Translations under genes and position numbers: made by a program | Notes under the pieces: model-generated | What the model was told of the DNA's origin: nothing | Database searches by the model: none | Seen by the model: the letters and a program-made list of their open reading frames with translations, nothing else | Part shown: one piece after another, positions 1-13,130 of the stretch | Position numbering within the stretch: the first letter of the stretch is position 1 | How the letters are laid out: every line of letters begins with the position of its first letter | DNA from: Tubulanus polymorphus | Taxonomy: Eukaryota > Animalia > Nemertea | Length of the DNA stretch: 64,000 nucleotides | Assembly (NCBI RefSeq): GCF_964204645.1 | Contig: NC_134033.1 | Coordinates: 2,996,131 to 3,060,130 of the forward strand | Direction: 5' to 3'

Positions 1-401
1 TAGTGGGTTTTTATCTTATTATCCGTTCATCACGTTTAAGTGCGGTTATCGTTCTAATGGAGTCTTTTTCGCGACAGGTTAACAAGACTTCATCACAGCT
101 GCCTCTCTGCTAGATTGGACTAATCTAAATTGAGTCAAATTAAACGTTTTTAAATGATGATCAGAAGTTTCGGAATTATCAATTCACCTCATTTATTATT
201 GGTTGGAATTTCGTCGCGTTCACACTACGAAGCAGTTAGACCATTCTAAACGGGTCCGGGTCAGGAACGGGACAAATTTAGAACGGATCGAATCAGAGTG
301 CGCGAGTGAGATTCTCGCCGGGGTTATTGCAACAGTTTCCTAACTAAAGATTCCTAACATTTCTCTGTTTCTATTCTACAACTGTCATCCCCGTCTTACT
401 T

Positions 402-933
402 GGTTGCTGTTGTTTCTTCAAAACAATCTGTACCAAACAAGACCTATTACTCACCACAATCAGATATCAATGCGCTTCACTTAGATTCAACTCAGTTATT
501 GTATTGACTGTAGAGTGTGAATTATCAAAACAGATGTTGACGAAGTGTTTTACAGAGACGCAGAATATTTTGAGGTAAAGATAGAAAATGTCATAGAATA
601 TTATCACAAACTGAACGCAGTTCGGGAGCGACAGGTAAATATTTTTAGAGAAATAATTGCACATAATTATAAACACGATATATTGAAACACGTTTAGATT
701 TAGAAACCGCGGTAATTACAGCGAAACCGAGAACAGATGAAAGTTTCACAAATACGAGTCTGGCGCCAGTTTGATGGGAGAACTTTTACAAAATAATTGG
801 ACTCTGGACCAATTCGTCAACTTCTGACATTTGCGAATTCGTCATTACTTTACAGCGACTCTTTTGAGAAATGTCGTGCGAACTTAGAAATAGTTAGAAA
901 AGTGTTTGTTTTGAAGCGTGAATTGTGTTCAAT
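402..933 (+). promoter_or_regulatory. Conserved ~530-560 bp upstream block (putative promoter/5'UTR) shared by all five GPCR copies (also ~10795-11319, 26812-27373, 35877-36417, 57152-57684)
   Basis: Colinear high similarity immediately upstream of every ATG; function inferred from position only. Confidence 0.55.
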
Positions 934-3900
934 ATGCAGCGAATGAAAGCGTTGTTCGTAGTTTTACTGATCGCTTGCGGAGACTGTATATTTACGCGGG
1001 CTGATCGCGCAAACTCTGTCGAGGAAGCCGCGTCTGTTACGGTCAGTTCATCTTGTAACAACACTCAATTCTCCGTCGATTCTACGTCTGGTTACATCGT
1101 TTCACCGAACTATCCGTCGTTAGTGCGCGGTGTTGAATGTCGTTGGTTCGTCAACAGCTCTTTACCGGGAAGTTTTCTCGTTCAAGTTTACTACGATATC
1201 GAGCCGTCGATATTCTGTAACGAAAACTACCTTCTCGTCGGTGAGTCCGAAAACAAACTCTGCGCTACCGGAAAAAAACGACTAGATATCCGCAGTAACG
1301 ATTTGAATTCGTTGTTGTTTAGGAGTAACGTCGATGGAGCGCGAGGTAGTCGGGTTTATATCATATATCGTTTTGAAGAACAGAGTCGCTTGAAAATCTT
1401 ACACACATGCTACAAACGTGCAGTAAAAGAATTACCAACTCAAACAGGTTATGAATTCAGGATTTCTACCCGGCGATGTAAATTGTTGTTAGAATGGATC
1501 GGGATGCCAGACGGGTTTGCAATGAATTTTACGTTTATACAGATAGATTTTAGATTAAGACCAGGTGAGGATCCGATGAAAACTCGTCCTCAAATTCACG
1601 ACGGATGGAACAGCGCCAGTGAACCTATAGCTCTTATACGAGAACAAACCGGACATCCGCCTTCATCGTTTTATACTAAAACTAATAAAGCACGTATTGA
1701 ATTCATTTCAAGTACAGAGTGGTTTAAGTCACAGTTACTCGTGCAAGTTTACAAAATATCAGATTGGAACATCTCTAACCCGTTAATTCAAGTCTACAAT
1801 AAATCAGGACTGCTCGCTACAATTGATGGAATACCACATATAGTAACTCAGTCTAAACACTTATACTGCTGGTCTATCACAGTCGATGTTCTGCAGTACG
1901 TCGTCTTCAACTGGTCACGTGATCTCGTCTCGTCACCAGGTGTCGTTGGTGTATATACACGGGAAGGGTTACGTATTGTGAGAACTGATATTTTACTCAG
2001 TTTTAACCATCTTAAATCTCTGAGTGTAAAATCAGACGGATTTCTCGTGATTCTGTGCGTTTTAACGACATCGGATTTTTTAAGATCGAATTTGGAAATA
2101 GAGTTTGAAGTGAAATCAATCACAATATCAGACGTCTACATCAACAAGGCAACGTTATTGGTAAGTTTATTAGAGTGATTTGTAAATTAGGTTTGTGTAA
2201 TAGAATCACTGTAAAAGTCTATGATTTTGATGGCGATTTTTACCAGTGAAACTTTACCGAGAAACTTGGAATAACAACGTTATGTGTGACCCAAATTTCA
2301 ATATATTTGGACGCACTTGTTTACGCAGAATATATGATGATTTGTGGAAGAATTTAAGTTAAGTTTCGATTGCAACATTTTGAACTATTATCAAAATATC
2401 GAGGTCGTACAGGGTTTGAAATTGTTGTATTGTAAACGTTCAATGTTGTAATCAATTCTCTTATATTTCAGCATTTATTCACAAACCCAACATCAGTTCA
2501 TCAAATGTTCCCGAGATCAAAGATTACATTGTATCGTGTAACTACATTACAACTAAACTGGAAAGTGAACATCTATGAAGAACAGTTGAAACTAACAGTG
2601 CTATCAGAAAACTGTGATCGAGCTGGTTTTTATATATTTGATGGTAGTAATTTTACAGCTAGACGCTATGGTCCGTATTGTCCCGGTTCATACTACGGTC
2701 GATCTGTCGTCAGCCTGATTACATCAGGTGGATCGGTTACTGTAGTAGCATACGCTTATTACTATAACAATCAGTTAACAGTTGGTGATCCCAACAGGTC
2801 ATATCTTAGATTTGCTCCTACTGATTGTGACGGTTATGTTCTACAGGAAGAAGAACATCGGATCAAAATGACGTCACACTGTCTCGTGATTACACCTGAA
2901 AATCGACGCCTTCGCTTGAAAATTATTCAAATATTATCAGAACACGAATATCAAATTGACCGATGTTTTCTCAAGATGTCAAGGCGATGTGATCAGTTTC
3001 TGAGTTTGAGTAATCAGTTTCTTAATAACAGTCTCGTATTAAACACTGTAGATTTCACAGGTGGGTTTTGGTTCTGGCAGTATCCACTAATAGTTGAACT
3101 ACGTCGTAAATGTCTACGAGTGAAAAAAGCGGATAGTTTTGGATTTGCCGGTTCCCGTCTTCCAGTTACTACTAAAGATCAATGTGGACTCGTGCAGTCA
3201 CCGAACTACCCGGCTTGGGCAGGAGGTACATCAAAATCTATTTCCTATAAATTTGAAAACCCGATAGAACAAAATATATTTCAATATTACAGATTTATTG
3301 TCAAATCTATTGGACTAGTTTCATGTGAAACAAACAATGCCCGTCGAAATGATCCGATCATATTGATGCAGATTATTATTTTCAACCTTTTCCTAAATGG
3401 AAAAATATCTAAAATTATTAGTAACCAACATGAAACTAAAATATGTGAAAATAACGCGGTTCGTGGACTTATATTTCATAGTTTAACAGATAATACTCTG
3501 CGTTTTGAAGTTAATAATCATATCCCGACATTTCAAATACAATACACTTTACACGAGTCGTTACCGATTAAACATTTCGATGATTTCTACTGTAAACAAG
3601 GATTTCTGGATTCCGGAATTTCTTGCATCAAATTCATCAGAGATGAACGTCTGAATTGGGAGAACGCTGAAATATACTGTAGACAGAAGTACGCGGGACA
3701 TCTACTCAGTATCAACTCAGAACAGGAAATGATTTCCATCAAAAGATTATTCGCTACAGAACTTCGCCGAATGGCGTACACATTAAAAGCGCTCATAATG
3801 ATGATTGGATTAAAATGGAAGGTAAGACTAATGTATTCTAATATGAATTAAAATCGAAAGATTTTTAAAGAAGTGATATATTTCATTTTCTTCACGAAAC

Positions 3901-6900
3901 AGAATGATGGTTATTACACGTGGACTGACGGTAAACCATTGAGCTACACAGAGTGGTATAAACCTGTTATTAATGAAACTATACCAGAAGTTATTCGAGG
4001 ATTGATATCTCCGCAAAGAAAACAACCGATAAATGACGTCAATATGCCGTGTACGGCGATGATACTGAATAATCCACGAGGATCGGCGAACTGGGTTCGA
4101 TTCCCGTGTCAAATCGAGGAGACGCACACGACATTCATTTGTGAATCCGAGAGAATCGACATCAAAAACGAACACAATTCAACGATAAACGACGCGAACA
4201 ATTCAACGAATACACACTTAAATAAGACCATAGATCATATAATTCCCGATATTACTTTGATAAATTCAATCTGTCCAAGAGGTTGGGTAACTATTTCCGG
4301 ACGATCTTATCAAATACTAACCGATTGGAAAAACAATCGAGGTTTTAATATTCGGAGTGCTAGAGAAATGTGTCACAGCATCCGCACCGAAATAGCAAAA
4401 ATCGCTAAAATTAACGTGAAAAACTTGGTCAGTGAATTTCAATATCGTCATCAATATGGCGCTATACTGACAATGGACCGCGACGGATTTAAAGTTATCA
4501 AACCACTGGTGACCAGAAATGAAATTACTCGTATTCAATCGGTTAAATGGTTATTGAAACCTTTCGATTATACAAACGATAAAGTGCATTCCGTGTTGTG
4601 TACCTATAATGTAACTGGTGATGAGTTAGCTTCTATAAGCGGTTGTAAATCGTGGCAGTTTGAATGTACCGATTGCAGATGTATCAGCGACCATCGCGTA
4701 TGTGATACCAGACACGACTGTCAACACGGTGAAGATGAACTCGATTGTACGGATATCAATTTACACAGTCAGTTCCGCTGTAACGATGGACAGATTATAT
4801 CGATTAGCAGTTTCTGTGACTTTATGAGAGATTGCGTCGATGGCTCGGATGAGAACTCTTGCTATCATCCACCGTGTTTATCTACGCAATATCGCTGTTC
4901 CAATCACCAATGCATCGATAGTTATAAACGATGTGACGGACTAGCCAACTGTAAAGACGGTTCCGATGAGATCGGATGCACTGGTGAACTTTGTCAGGGG
5001 TTCTCGTGCGCGGACGGTGAATGTATTAGTTCTCAGTTGTATCGGGATGGTGTCGTGGATTGTAGCGGAAGTCTCGAAGAAGACGAATTGGTCACTAATA
5101 TGACAGTGAGACCCGAGGATTTTTGTGATAATGACAATCAATGTTCGACTCGTTTCACAGATCTGTGTAAGGAATCGGATGAGCAAAGATGTTCGTTCAA
5201 TTCTCCTCGCTGTTATTCCCGACACGAAAGGTGTATTTTAGAAAGGATGCCGATTGGTTTCCCGGTATGTAGAAATCTTGAACATATACTCGCGTGTAAT
5301 GACTTCGAATGCGCGGCTGGTACTGTAAAATGTCCGGCATCTTACTGTATACCGATCAGACACGTTTGTGACGGTCGATCCGATTGTCCTAATTCAGAAG
5401 ATGAACGGAACTGCGAGACTTGGTCGTGTCCGGGAATGTTTAAATGTGGCCAGGAAAATCGATGTATTCCCCAATCCGAAGTTTGCGACGGTGTCGTAAA
5501 TTGTAAACATAACTCGGATGACGAGTCATTCTGTAAGGTCACGTGTCCTGAGCGTTGTAATTGCCGGGGTCATTTCATCGATTGCGAAAATGCTCTTTTA
5601 TCAGATATTACTGGTCGTTTTATAGAATCAACTCGGGTTTTGATTTTGTCGAATAACCGAGTCGTATTTAACGAGTCGACGTTCAACTCTTTCATTTATC
5701 TTCGTTTTCTCGATATTTCGGGCAATAATTTGTCTTACATCGTTCCAAACGCGTTTTCTAATCTAAACAATCTATACATATTAGACCTTACACACAACCG
5801 CATAAAATCATTAACTGCTAATACATTCGCAGGTTTGATCGGTTTAAAACAACTATTTCTTATCGGAAATCCGCTGCAACATTTAGAATACGGTAGTTTT
5901 CGAGGTCTGACGTCACTTACTGTTCTTGATCTTCACGGACTTTCTATATCGGTTCTCGGTGAAAATGTATTTAAAGGTTTATCCGCATTACAGTCGTTAA
6001 ATATCAGCAGTAACAGAATCCATTACATTTCGACATTTGCTTTTTCTGGATTGGTTCGACTTGAAATTCTAGATCTTGTCAAAAATGCCGAAGTGATATT
6101 TGTTAAAAGAAACGTTCTTGGCGATCTTACATCATTGAAATACCTCGCTTCGGATGCTTACAAATTTTGCTGCATGGCACCGAATGTTGACCGATGTCTT
6201 CCCGAAGCTGATCAATTTTCCACCTGTTCTGACCTGATGGGTAACGCTGTACTGAGAGCCATCATCTGGATGATCGCAACTTTCAGTTTTCTCGCTAACA
6301 GTATCGTTATTGTATTTCGCGTTCAAGCTTTGCGGATGGAATCCTCCGGAACACGTAACACATCTTCAGATATCTTCATCATAAATATTGCCGGTTGTGA
6401 TTTTCTGATGTCGGTCTATTTGTTTTTGATCGCGGGAGCTGACTACGTGTTCAAAGGCGTTTATTATCTGAATTCTGAAACCTGGACGGATAGCTCATTA
6501 TGTCGTCTCGCCGGGGTTATAGTCACCGTTTCGTGCGAAGGTTCCTTAACTTTTCTCTTAATTCTAACGCGTCAGAGATATTCAAATATCGTCAACCCGT
6601 TTTCCAGAAGTCCTATTATAACTCCGAAATACGTTACCGGTATTTGTTGCATTTGTTGGCTCGTTATAAGCACAGTTTCTATTCTACCGCTGTCATCGTC
6701 GTCTTACTTCGGAGACAATTTTTACGGTACAACCGGAGTTTGTTTGCCTATGAATTTACTGACGATCGACGTCAATGGCTGGCACTATTCATTCGCTATT
6801 TTTGCCTTTTTTAATGCGGCCATATTGGCTACGATAATGACGACGTACGCTCAGATGTATAGACTCGTATCTGGAAGTAGGTCGGGTTCGGGTAGAGCCG

Positions 6901-7160
6901 ATCCTACCGAACTGGTTTTAGCTCGAAGGAGTTTAGTAATCAATCTTTGTAATCTATTTTGCTGGCTACCGATAATAATCGTCCAGTTTTGCGCCGTATT
7001 TTCGGTCGAGATACCGAACCAGGTGGCCGCTTGGCTGGCCGTTCTATTTTTACCGATCAACTCGTCTCTGAATCCGCTTCTTTATACAATACTGACGATC
7101 GATATGAAATCAATTAGAACGAGATATAATCGTCAACAAAAAAGTAGAACACTTCAGTAG
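934..7160 (+). CDS. GRL101-like CUB/CTLD/LDLa/LRR rhodopsin-type GPCR, copy 1 (intact, ~1944 aa); exons 934-2160, 2472-3821, 3903-7160
   Basis: Introns 2161-2471 (GTAAGT..TTTCAG) and 3822-3902 (GTAAGA..AAACAG), both phase 0, join the three ORFs in frame. Intron 2 splicing restores a CTLD motif (IGLKWK|NDGYYTWTDGKPLSYTEW). Domains seen: signal peptide MQRMKALFVVLLIACGDC; CUB motifs (SGYIVSPNYP..CRW, CGLVQSPNYP); LDLa repeats (CDG..DC.DGSDE..C); LRRs; hinge KFCC..CLPEADQFSTCSDLMG; TM6 CWLP; TM7 PINSSLNPLLY. Confidence 0.93.
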
Positions 7161-8829
7161 CAATAAAGGAGCTTTTAAACGAATCGTTTTGATGTTCATG
7201 GTCGCACACCAAACTCTAGTAATGAATCTAAAGAACAAAGGAAAGATATTAACGACAACCTTTGGGCCCGTGGTCCATTCAGTTTTTTTGTCACTACTTT
7301 ATCTGAACAATTCATATGAAATAGTGTTATTTTCGTAGCTATTAGATTAATTGTAGATTGTTTGTTGAATGCAATAGTATTTACTTTAGGTGTGGATTTA
7401 AGGGGCTCGGTGAGCTCTTTACTGACCACTGCAATTGAAATAGACGATTACATAGATGACGACTTATTAATTTGTATTCACTGATGTAGTGTGAGCGTGT
7501 GTGTAAGAGTGATTGGTTTGATTTTTCTTTTAGGGCGGCACGGCTCCGATAGATCTTTGTGATCTCTTCGTGTAGCCCACATTTTCTTGTTACATTTTTG
7601 TCACTGTATATCATGCAATATCAATAATGTAATAATGTAACGACCTAATGAAAAATAAATACCATACTACTTTACTAAATGTGCCACCAAATGAAAGTAT
7701 TTTTCAGCCACCACCGAACCGTATGGTGACCGATTCGGGTAAACGAAATTGCCAAGTAAAAGAAAGTGCAATATACCCCATGCAAAATATCATAGCATTG
7801 AATATAATGATCGATATATGCAATCAATTTTCAATAGAATACGAAGTCAAGTTTAATGCTTAAAAGACTATATATATTCACTATTTTATCTACTTGCTCT
7901 TCCCTGGCATGATTAAATCCTTGAAAATCAAATGTTTTATTTCAAGGTCATATTATCAAAGTATCAAAAACTGGTATGCACTTGGGTAATATGATCGCTA
8001 CCGATGAGACAGACTCTCAACGGATATACCACGTGATATGTGATTTAAACGGAATAGTAGATTTATTTCTCTCACAATTTAATCATGTTAACCCCTTTAT
8101 CAGATTTAATTTCGAAAGATGACTATATTCCAGTATATTGGGGCGTTGCTCGCTATACAGGTATATAGTTTATGATTATTTGTCCTAGTTTTCCGGTCAC
8201 GATACAGTTGGATTGACAGGTACTTTCGATTGCTCACGCATAATCAGTTATCAGAAAAGAACACTTACACGCCATCTATCCACTTATTCTGGAAAATGAA
8301 CAATTTGAAATTTGTTTTTTAATGACTCACAGAATTGTCGAAACGTCTCTTTTCTTACTATGGGTGGGTTTTTCAACGAACAGCTTGAAGAGTTAGCCTA
8401 TAGATAATGCTTCGGTACGATCCTCAGGAAATGACAGAAATCGTTTTTCCATATCAACCACTTGCGGGTAGGTGCCGAATGGATGCTCCATCTTTTAGTT
8501 TTTTGTAGGACCCCAGTTTCATTAACTGAATATTTTGATTTAATCGCCCTCAATGTGGCAAAAAATTCAAACTCAACCGCGATTTAAAGTTAGAACTTTT
8601 TCATACATCTTTTGCCGTTTTCGTATAAGCAAGTAAATTCCTTTAGGTAAGCGATGTTGTTATTTAGCCATATGAACTGTTCAAACCCGTCTGTTTTACG
8701 GTACCGAGTATTCATTGTATTACGTACGCTTAATGCGGGTATCAGTTTGTATCCATGGAACCACATCGCTTCAAGCGATCACTATTGAAAGGCTGCTGAT
8801 TGAATGTATCTAACGTCTGGTGCAGTTTT

Positions 8830-9680
8830 TCAAGTTGTTTATATACCGATAAAACGTAAGACTCTTCGTAACTCTTGGAAATTAACACTTCGAACACAAT
8901 AATTAGAATCATTACATCCAATGATGCCAGTCAAATTTCTATGGTTTAGCTTAAATTCAAACGCAAATCGATGGTCACATTTGATCCGAGTTCAGATTGA
9001 GTCTACTGTATTTTAGTTTGCTATAACGAGGGTCCATCTGTTTAAAACTAAGATTAAATCTAACCTAACCTCAGTTTCCTAAAGAGATACAATTCAAAAT
9101 CTCTACTCACCGCTTTATGTGAGCAGTTTTTCGATTATCTTTTCCTTGAAGAGATTTCAGCTCACATATGAGTCCTCTATCAGACCAGGTTGGTTTAGTC
9201 AGCACACACTCGATGCAATCAGGTCCTGATGAAGTGAGGAAGGTCTGGAATCTGGAAACTGTATTTGTCGGTTTAGTCAACACGCATTGACAGCAATCAG
9301 ATCCTGAGAGAAGTAGAGCTTATCTGAAAAACAGTATTGATCTCAATGATAATGTTTAATTTGCCTCGATACATGCACATTGTAATCTGTTATAGCCAGT
9401 ATTAAAAACCTACAAATCTACTCACCACCAATTTCTGTGTGAAGCATCATGGATTATCTCAAAAATGTCAGGAGTTCACAGCGTCGGTTTACTCAGCTTC
9501 GGGGTATTGGCCGCAATAAGGTCCTGAGTGAGGAATGGCTGATCTGAAAAACAACAATTTCATATTTCAGTTCTGACTGGAAGAATCAATGTTTTAGTTT
9601 AGGTTGGATGCCCGAGTGAGATCCCAGAGACAGAGAGTCAACTATACTAATTTATACACGAGATGTGAACTGTCGAAAGC
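8830..9680 (-). repeat. Dispersed repeat with conserved exon/intron signals (homologues 34160-35290 '-', 44780-45920 '+', 48975-49270 '-')
   Basis: Shared blocks such as TAACCTAACCTCAGTTTCCTA, CAATCAGGTCCTGA and GGATGCCCGAGTGAGATCCCAGAGA; alternating GTGAG donors and TTTTCAG acceptors. Confidence 0.7.
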
Positions 9681-9683
9681 TGA

Positions 9684-10000
9684 TACGGATCCCTTTTTAT
9701 AGATCGGAGTGATACAACCCTCACACCAATCGCTTGGGTACAAACCGGTTTCTAAAATGGCATTAAAATATATAGTCAGGGTAGCCGCAAACATATCAGA
9801 AAGTATATTATCTAATCCAGGCGATTTTCCGCGTTTCAGTTTTTTTATTACAAATTCCTCTATCGTAACAGGAAAATCTAAATCACGTGGCTCCTGCGAC
9901 TCTAATTGGTCTTGATTATTAAGTTCGAGGTCGGGATCAATAGTGGCATTGTTCACGGATTCGCCCAGGCCGGCAAAATAAGTTTCGAATTCATTTAATG
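9684..10000 (-). mobile_element. Non-LTR retrotransposon (LINE) ORF2 fragment, pre-RT region
   Basis: KLKRGKSPGLDNI...YFNAILETGLYPSDWCEGCITPIYKKG is the typical region just upstream of the LINE RT domain. Confidence 0.8.
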
Positions 10001-10556
10001 TCGGTTTATTACCCTTTCTTTCGTTTTTTTTCCTGGGTGGATTTTAGAATACGCCAGAACGATTTTGCGTCGTTTCGCGCAAGTGCAATTCCGAGTTTCG
10101 CAGTAGAATATATGAAGTAGATATAATATCAGATATTCTCTAACAGTCCTCGTTAAAATGATAGTTCTATGCAGTAAATTAAATCCTTTCAAAATTGAAT
10201 TGAGAGAAAAATCAGTTTGCAACACAATTTATTAATCACATTTCCATTATTGAATTGTCACTCGAATTTTCACAGGAATCAAGCACGAATCTTAGAACTA
10301 TTTGCAATTGATTATCACCTAAAATAAATTAAGATGATATCATCATAGGAAATATGCAAAAAATTCAATTAATCAAATCTTCATTGTCTGTAATATAAAT
10401 AACATTTTCATTGTCTATAACTCGAATCGTCACTGAAATTAAACACGAATCTTATCATAAACAAATGAAATTAAGACGATATCATCAAAGTAAATATGCA
10501 ATAAATTCAATTAATCAAATGTCCATTGTCTGAAACTCGAATTTCTTAGAACTATC

Positions 10557-10578
10557 GCAGCAGCAGCAGCAGCAGCAG
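10557..10578. repeat. (CAG)n microsatellite, homologous tract at ~35620-35650
   Basis: Directly visible; marks the shared upstream region of copies 2 and 4. Confidence 0.9.
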
Positions 10579-12791
10579 GCACAGTTATTTTTATTTATTC
10601 AAATCATCAAGAGTAATAAATAGAGGCTGCTTTAACATATCTCTCAATTCTAAATATCGTATATATCTAAATATCGTCAACCCGTTTTCTAGAAGTTCGA
10701 TTATAACACCGAAATACGTTATCGGTATTTGCTGCATTTGTTGGCTCGTTATGAGCACGGTTTCTATTCTACCACTGTCATCGTCGTCTTACTTGGTTGG
10801 TGTTGGTTCTCCGTGTCAGCACCGAACAAGTCCTCACCCGCCACAATCAGATATCGATGCCCTTCACTTAGCTTCAACTCAGTTATTATATTGACTGCAG
10901 AGTGTGAATTGTCGAAACAGATGTTGACGAAGTGTTTTACAGAGACGCAGAATATTTTGAGGTAAAGATAGAAAATATTATCGAATATTATCACAAACTG
11001 AACGCAGTTCGGGAGCGACTGTAAAATTTTATAGAGAAATAATTGCACTTGATTATAAACACGATATATTGAAACACGTCTAAATTTAGAAACCGCGGTA
11101 ATTACAGCGAAACCGAGAACAGATGAAAGTTTCACAAATACGAGACTGGCGCCAGTTTGATGGGCGGATTTTTTTACAAAATAATTGGACTCGATCAATT
11201 CGTCAACTTCTGACATTTGCGAATTCGTCATTACTTTGCAGCGTCTCTTATGAGAAATGTCGTGCGAACTTGGAAATAGTTAGAAATGTGTTTGTTTTGA
11301 AGCGTGAATTGTGTTCAATATGCAGCGAATGAAAGCGTTGTTCGTAGTTTTACTGATCGCTTGCGGAGACTGTATATTTACGCGGGCTGATCGCGCGAAC
11401 TCTGTCGAGGAAGCCGCGTCTGTTACAGTCAGTTCATCTTGTAACAACACTCAATACTCCGTCGATTCTACGTCTGGTTACATCGTTTCACCGAACTATC
11501 CGTCGTTAGTGCGCGGTGTTGAATGTCGTTGGTTCGTCAACAGCTCTTTACCGGGAAGTTTTCTCGTTCAAGTTTACCACGACATCGAGCCGTCGATATT
11601 CTGTAACGAAAACTACCTTCTCGTCGGTGAGTCCGATAACAAACTCTGCGCTACCGGAAAAAAACGACTAGATATGCGCAGTAACGATTTGATTTCGTTG
11701 TTGTTTAGGAGTAACTTCGATGGAGCGCGAGGTAGTCGGGTATATATCATATATCGTTTTGAAGAACAGAGTCGCTTGAAAATCGTACATACATGTTACA
11801 AACATGCAGTAAAAGAATTACCAACTCAAACCGGTTATGAATTCAGGATTGATACCCGGCGATGTAAATTGTTGTTACAATGGATCGGCATGCCAGACGG
11901 GTTTGCAATGAATTTAACGTTTATACAGATAGATTTCAGATTAAGACCAGGTAAGGATCCGATGAAAACTCGTCCTCAAATTTACGACGGATGGAACAGC
12001 ACCAGTGAACCTATAGCTCTTATACGAGAACAAACCGGACATCCACCTTCATCGTTTTATACTAAAACTAATAAAGCACGCATTGAAATTGAAAGAAGTT
12101 TGAAGTCGCAGTTACTCGTGCAAGTTTACAAAATATCAGATTGGAACATCTCTAACCCGTTAATTCAAGTCTATAATAAATCAGGACTGCTCACTACAAT
12201 TGATGGAATACCACATATAGTAACTCAGTCTAAACACTTATACTGCTGGTCTATCGCAGTCGATGTTCTGCAGTACGTCGTCTTCAACTGGACACGTGAT
12301 CTCGTCTCGTCACCAGGTGTCGTTGGTGTATATAAACAGGAAGGGTTACGTATTGTGAGAACTGATATTTTACTCAGTTTTAACCATCTTAAATCTCTGA
12401 GTGTAAAATCAGACGGATTTCTCGTGATTCTGTGCGTTTTAACGACATCGGATTTTGTAAGATCGAATTTGAAAATAGAAGTTAAAGTGAAATCATTAAC
12501 AATATCAGACGTCTACGTCAATAAGCGAAGGACACGGGTAAGTTTATTACAGTGATTTGTAAATTGGGTTCGTGTAATAGAATCATTGTAATAGGGTATT
12601 TGAAATTGTTGTATTGTTCAATGTGATAAAACTACGCAATAAATCGAAAAACGAATGAAATATAAGTCCCACAATCACAGGATCGATAAAGATTTTAAAA
12701 CATCAAAACTATCAAAATTTATTAAAAACCTCGAATTTTCGGTTTTATGCTAAAAACCATTTTCAAGAGTGACTAAAAGTATGGCATTACA

Positions 12792-13130
12792 CATCCTCCC
12801 TCTGCAGGGACTCGAACCTGATGGCATCGCTACACTCAGCCACGGCACGAACCCCTGCCACAGTAGACCGGGTGCGCAGATACATGCGCAGCTTTCCGAA
12901 CGAAAACTGGCGGCACCAATCAGATTGCTCGTTGTATAAACGTTGAGGCAAATTTCAAGGAAGAACTATAAATGGGAAAACCCGGGCTAAAATAAAACGG
13001 GATTTCTGATTGGCTAAAAATCACATCATCTGAACTGCGCATGTATCTGCGAACACGGTCGATTATGGCAGGGTTTCGTGCTGTGGAAATCTCGATGCCA
13101 TCAGGTTCGAATCCCTGCCGGGGGAGGATG
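12792..13130. mobile_element. MITE with ~100-bp imperfect TIRs and 9-bp TSD (Mutator/MULE-type) in intron 1 of copy 2
   Basis: TSD GGCATTACA at 12783-12791 and 13131-13139; termini CATCCTCCC...GGGAGGATG; TIR similarity extends to GCAGATACATGCGCAG. Confidence 0.85.

Noticed and set aside
4941-6326. Recurrent antisense ORFs within exon 3 (MSGITARR.., MTLQNDSS.., MNAKYNND..)
   Set aside because: Shadows of the conserved sense coding sequence.
925-7160. Three separate genes or an operon-like triplet of ORFs (417, 448, 1095 aa) per unit
   Set aside because: Conserved GT-AG sites join them in frame in all complete copies; the GTG/TTG starts and short tails (VSLLE, VRLMYSNMN) are ORF-finder read-through into introns.
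8315-8355. Third hammerhead-like motif (..GTCGAAACGTC)
   Set aside because: CUGANGA core absent.
10764-11231. Minus-strand ORF family upstream of each GPCR (..FCVSVKHFVNICFDNSH..)
   Set aside because: Lengths and frames differ among copies and no domain is recognisable; recurrence is explained by duplication of the upstream block. A plus-frame coding-looking relic (ETDVDEVFYRDAEYFEVKIENIIEYYHK) could not be assigned.
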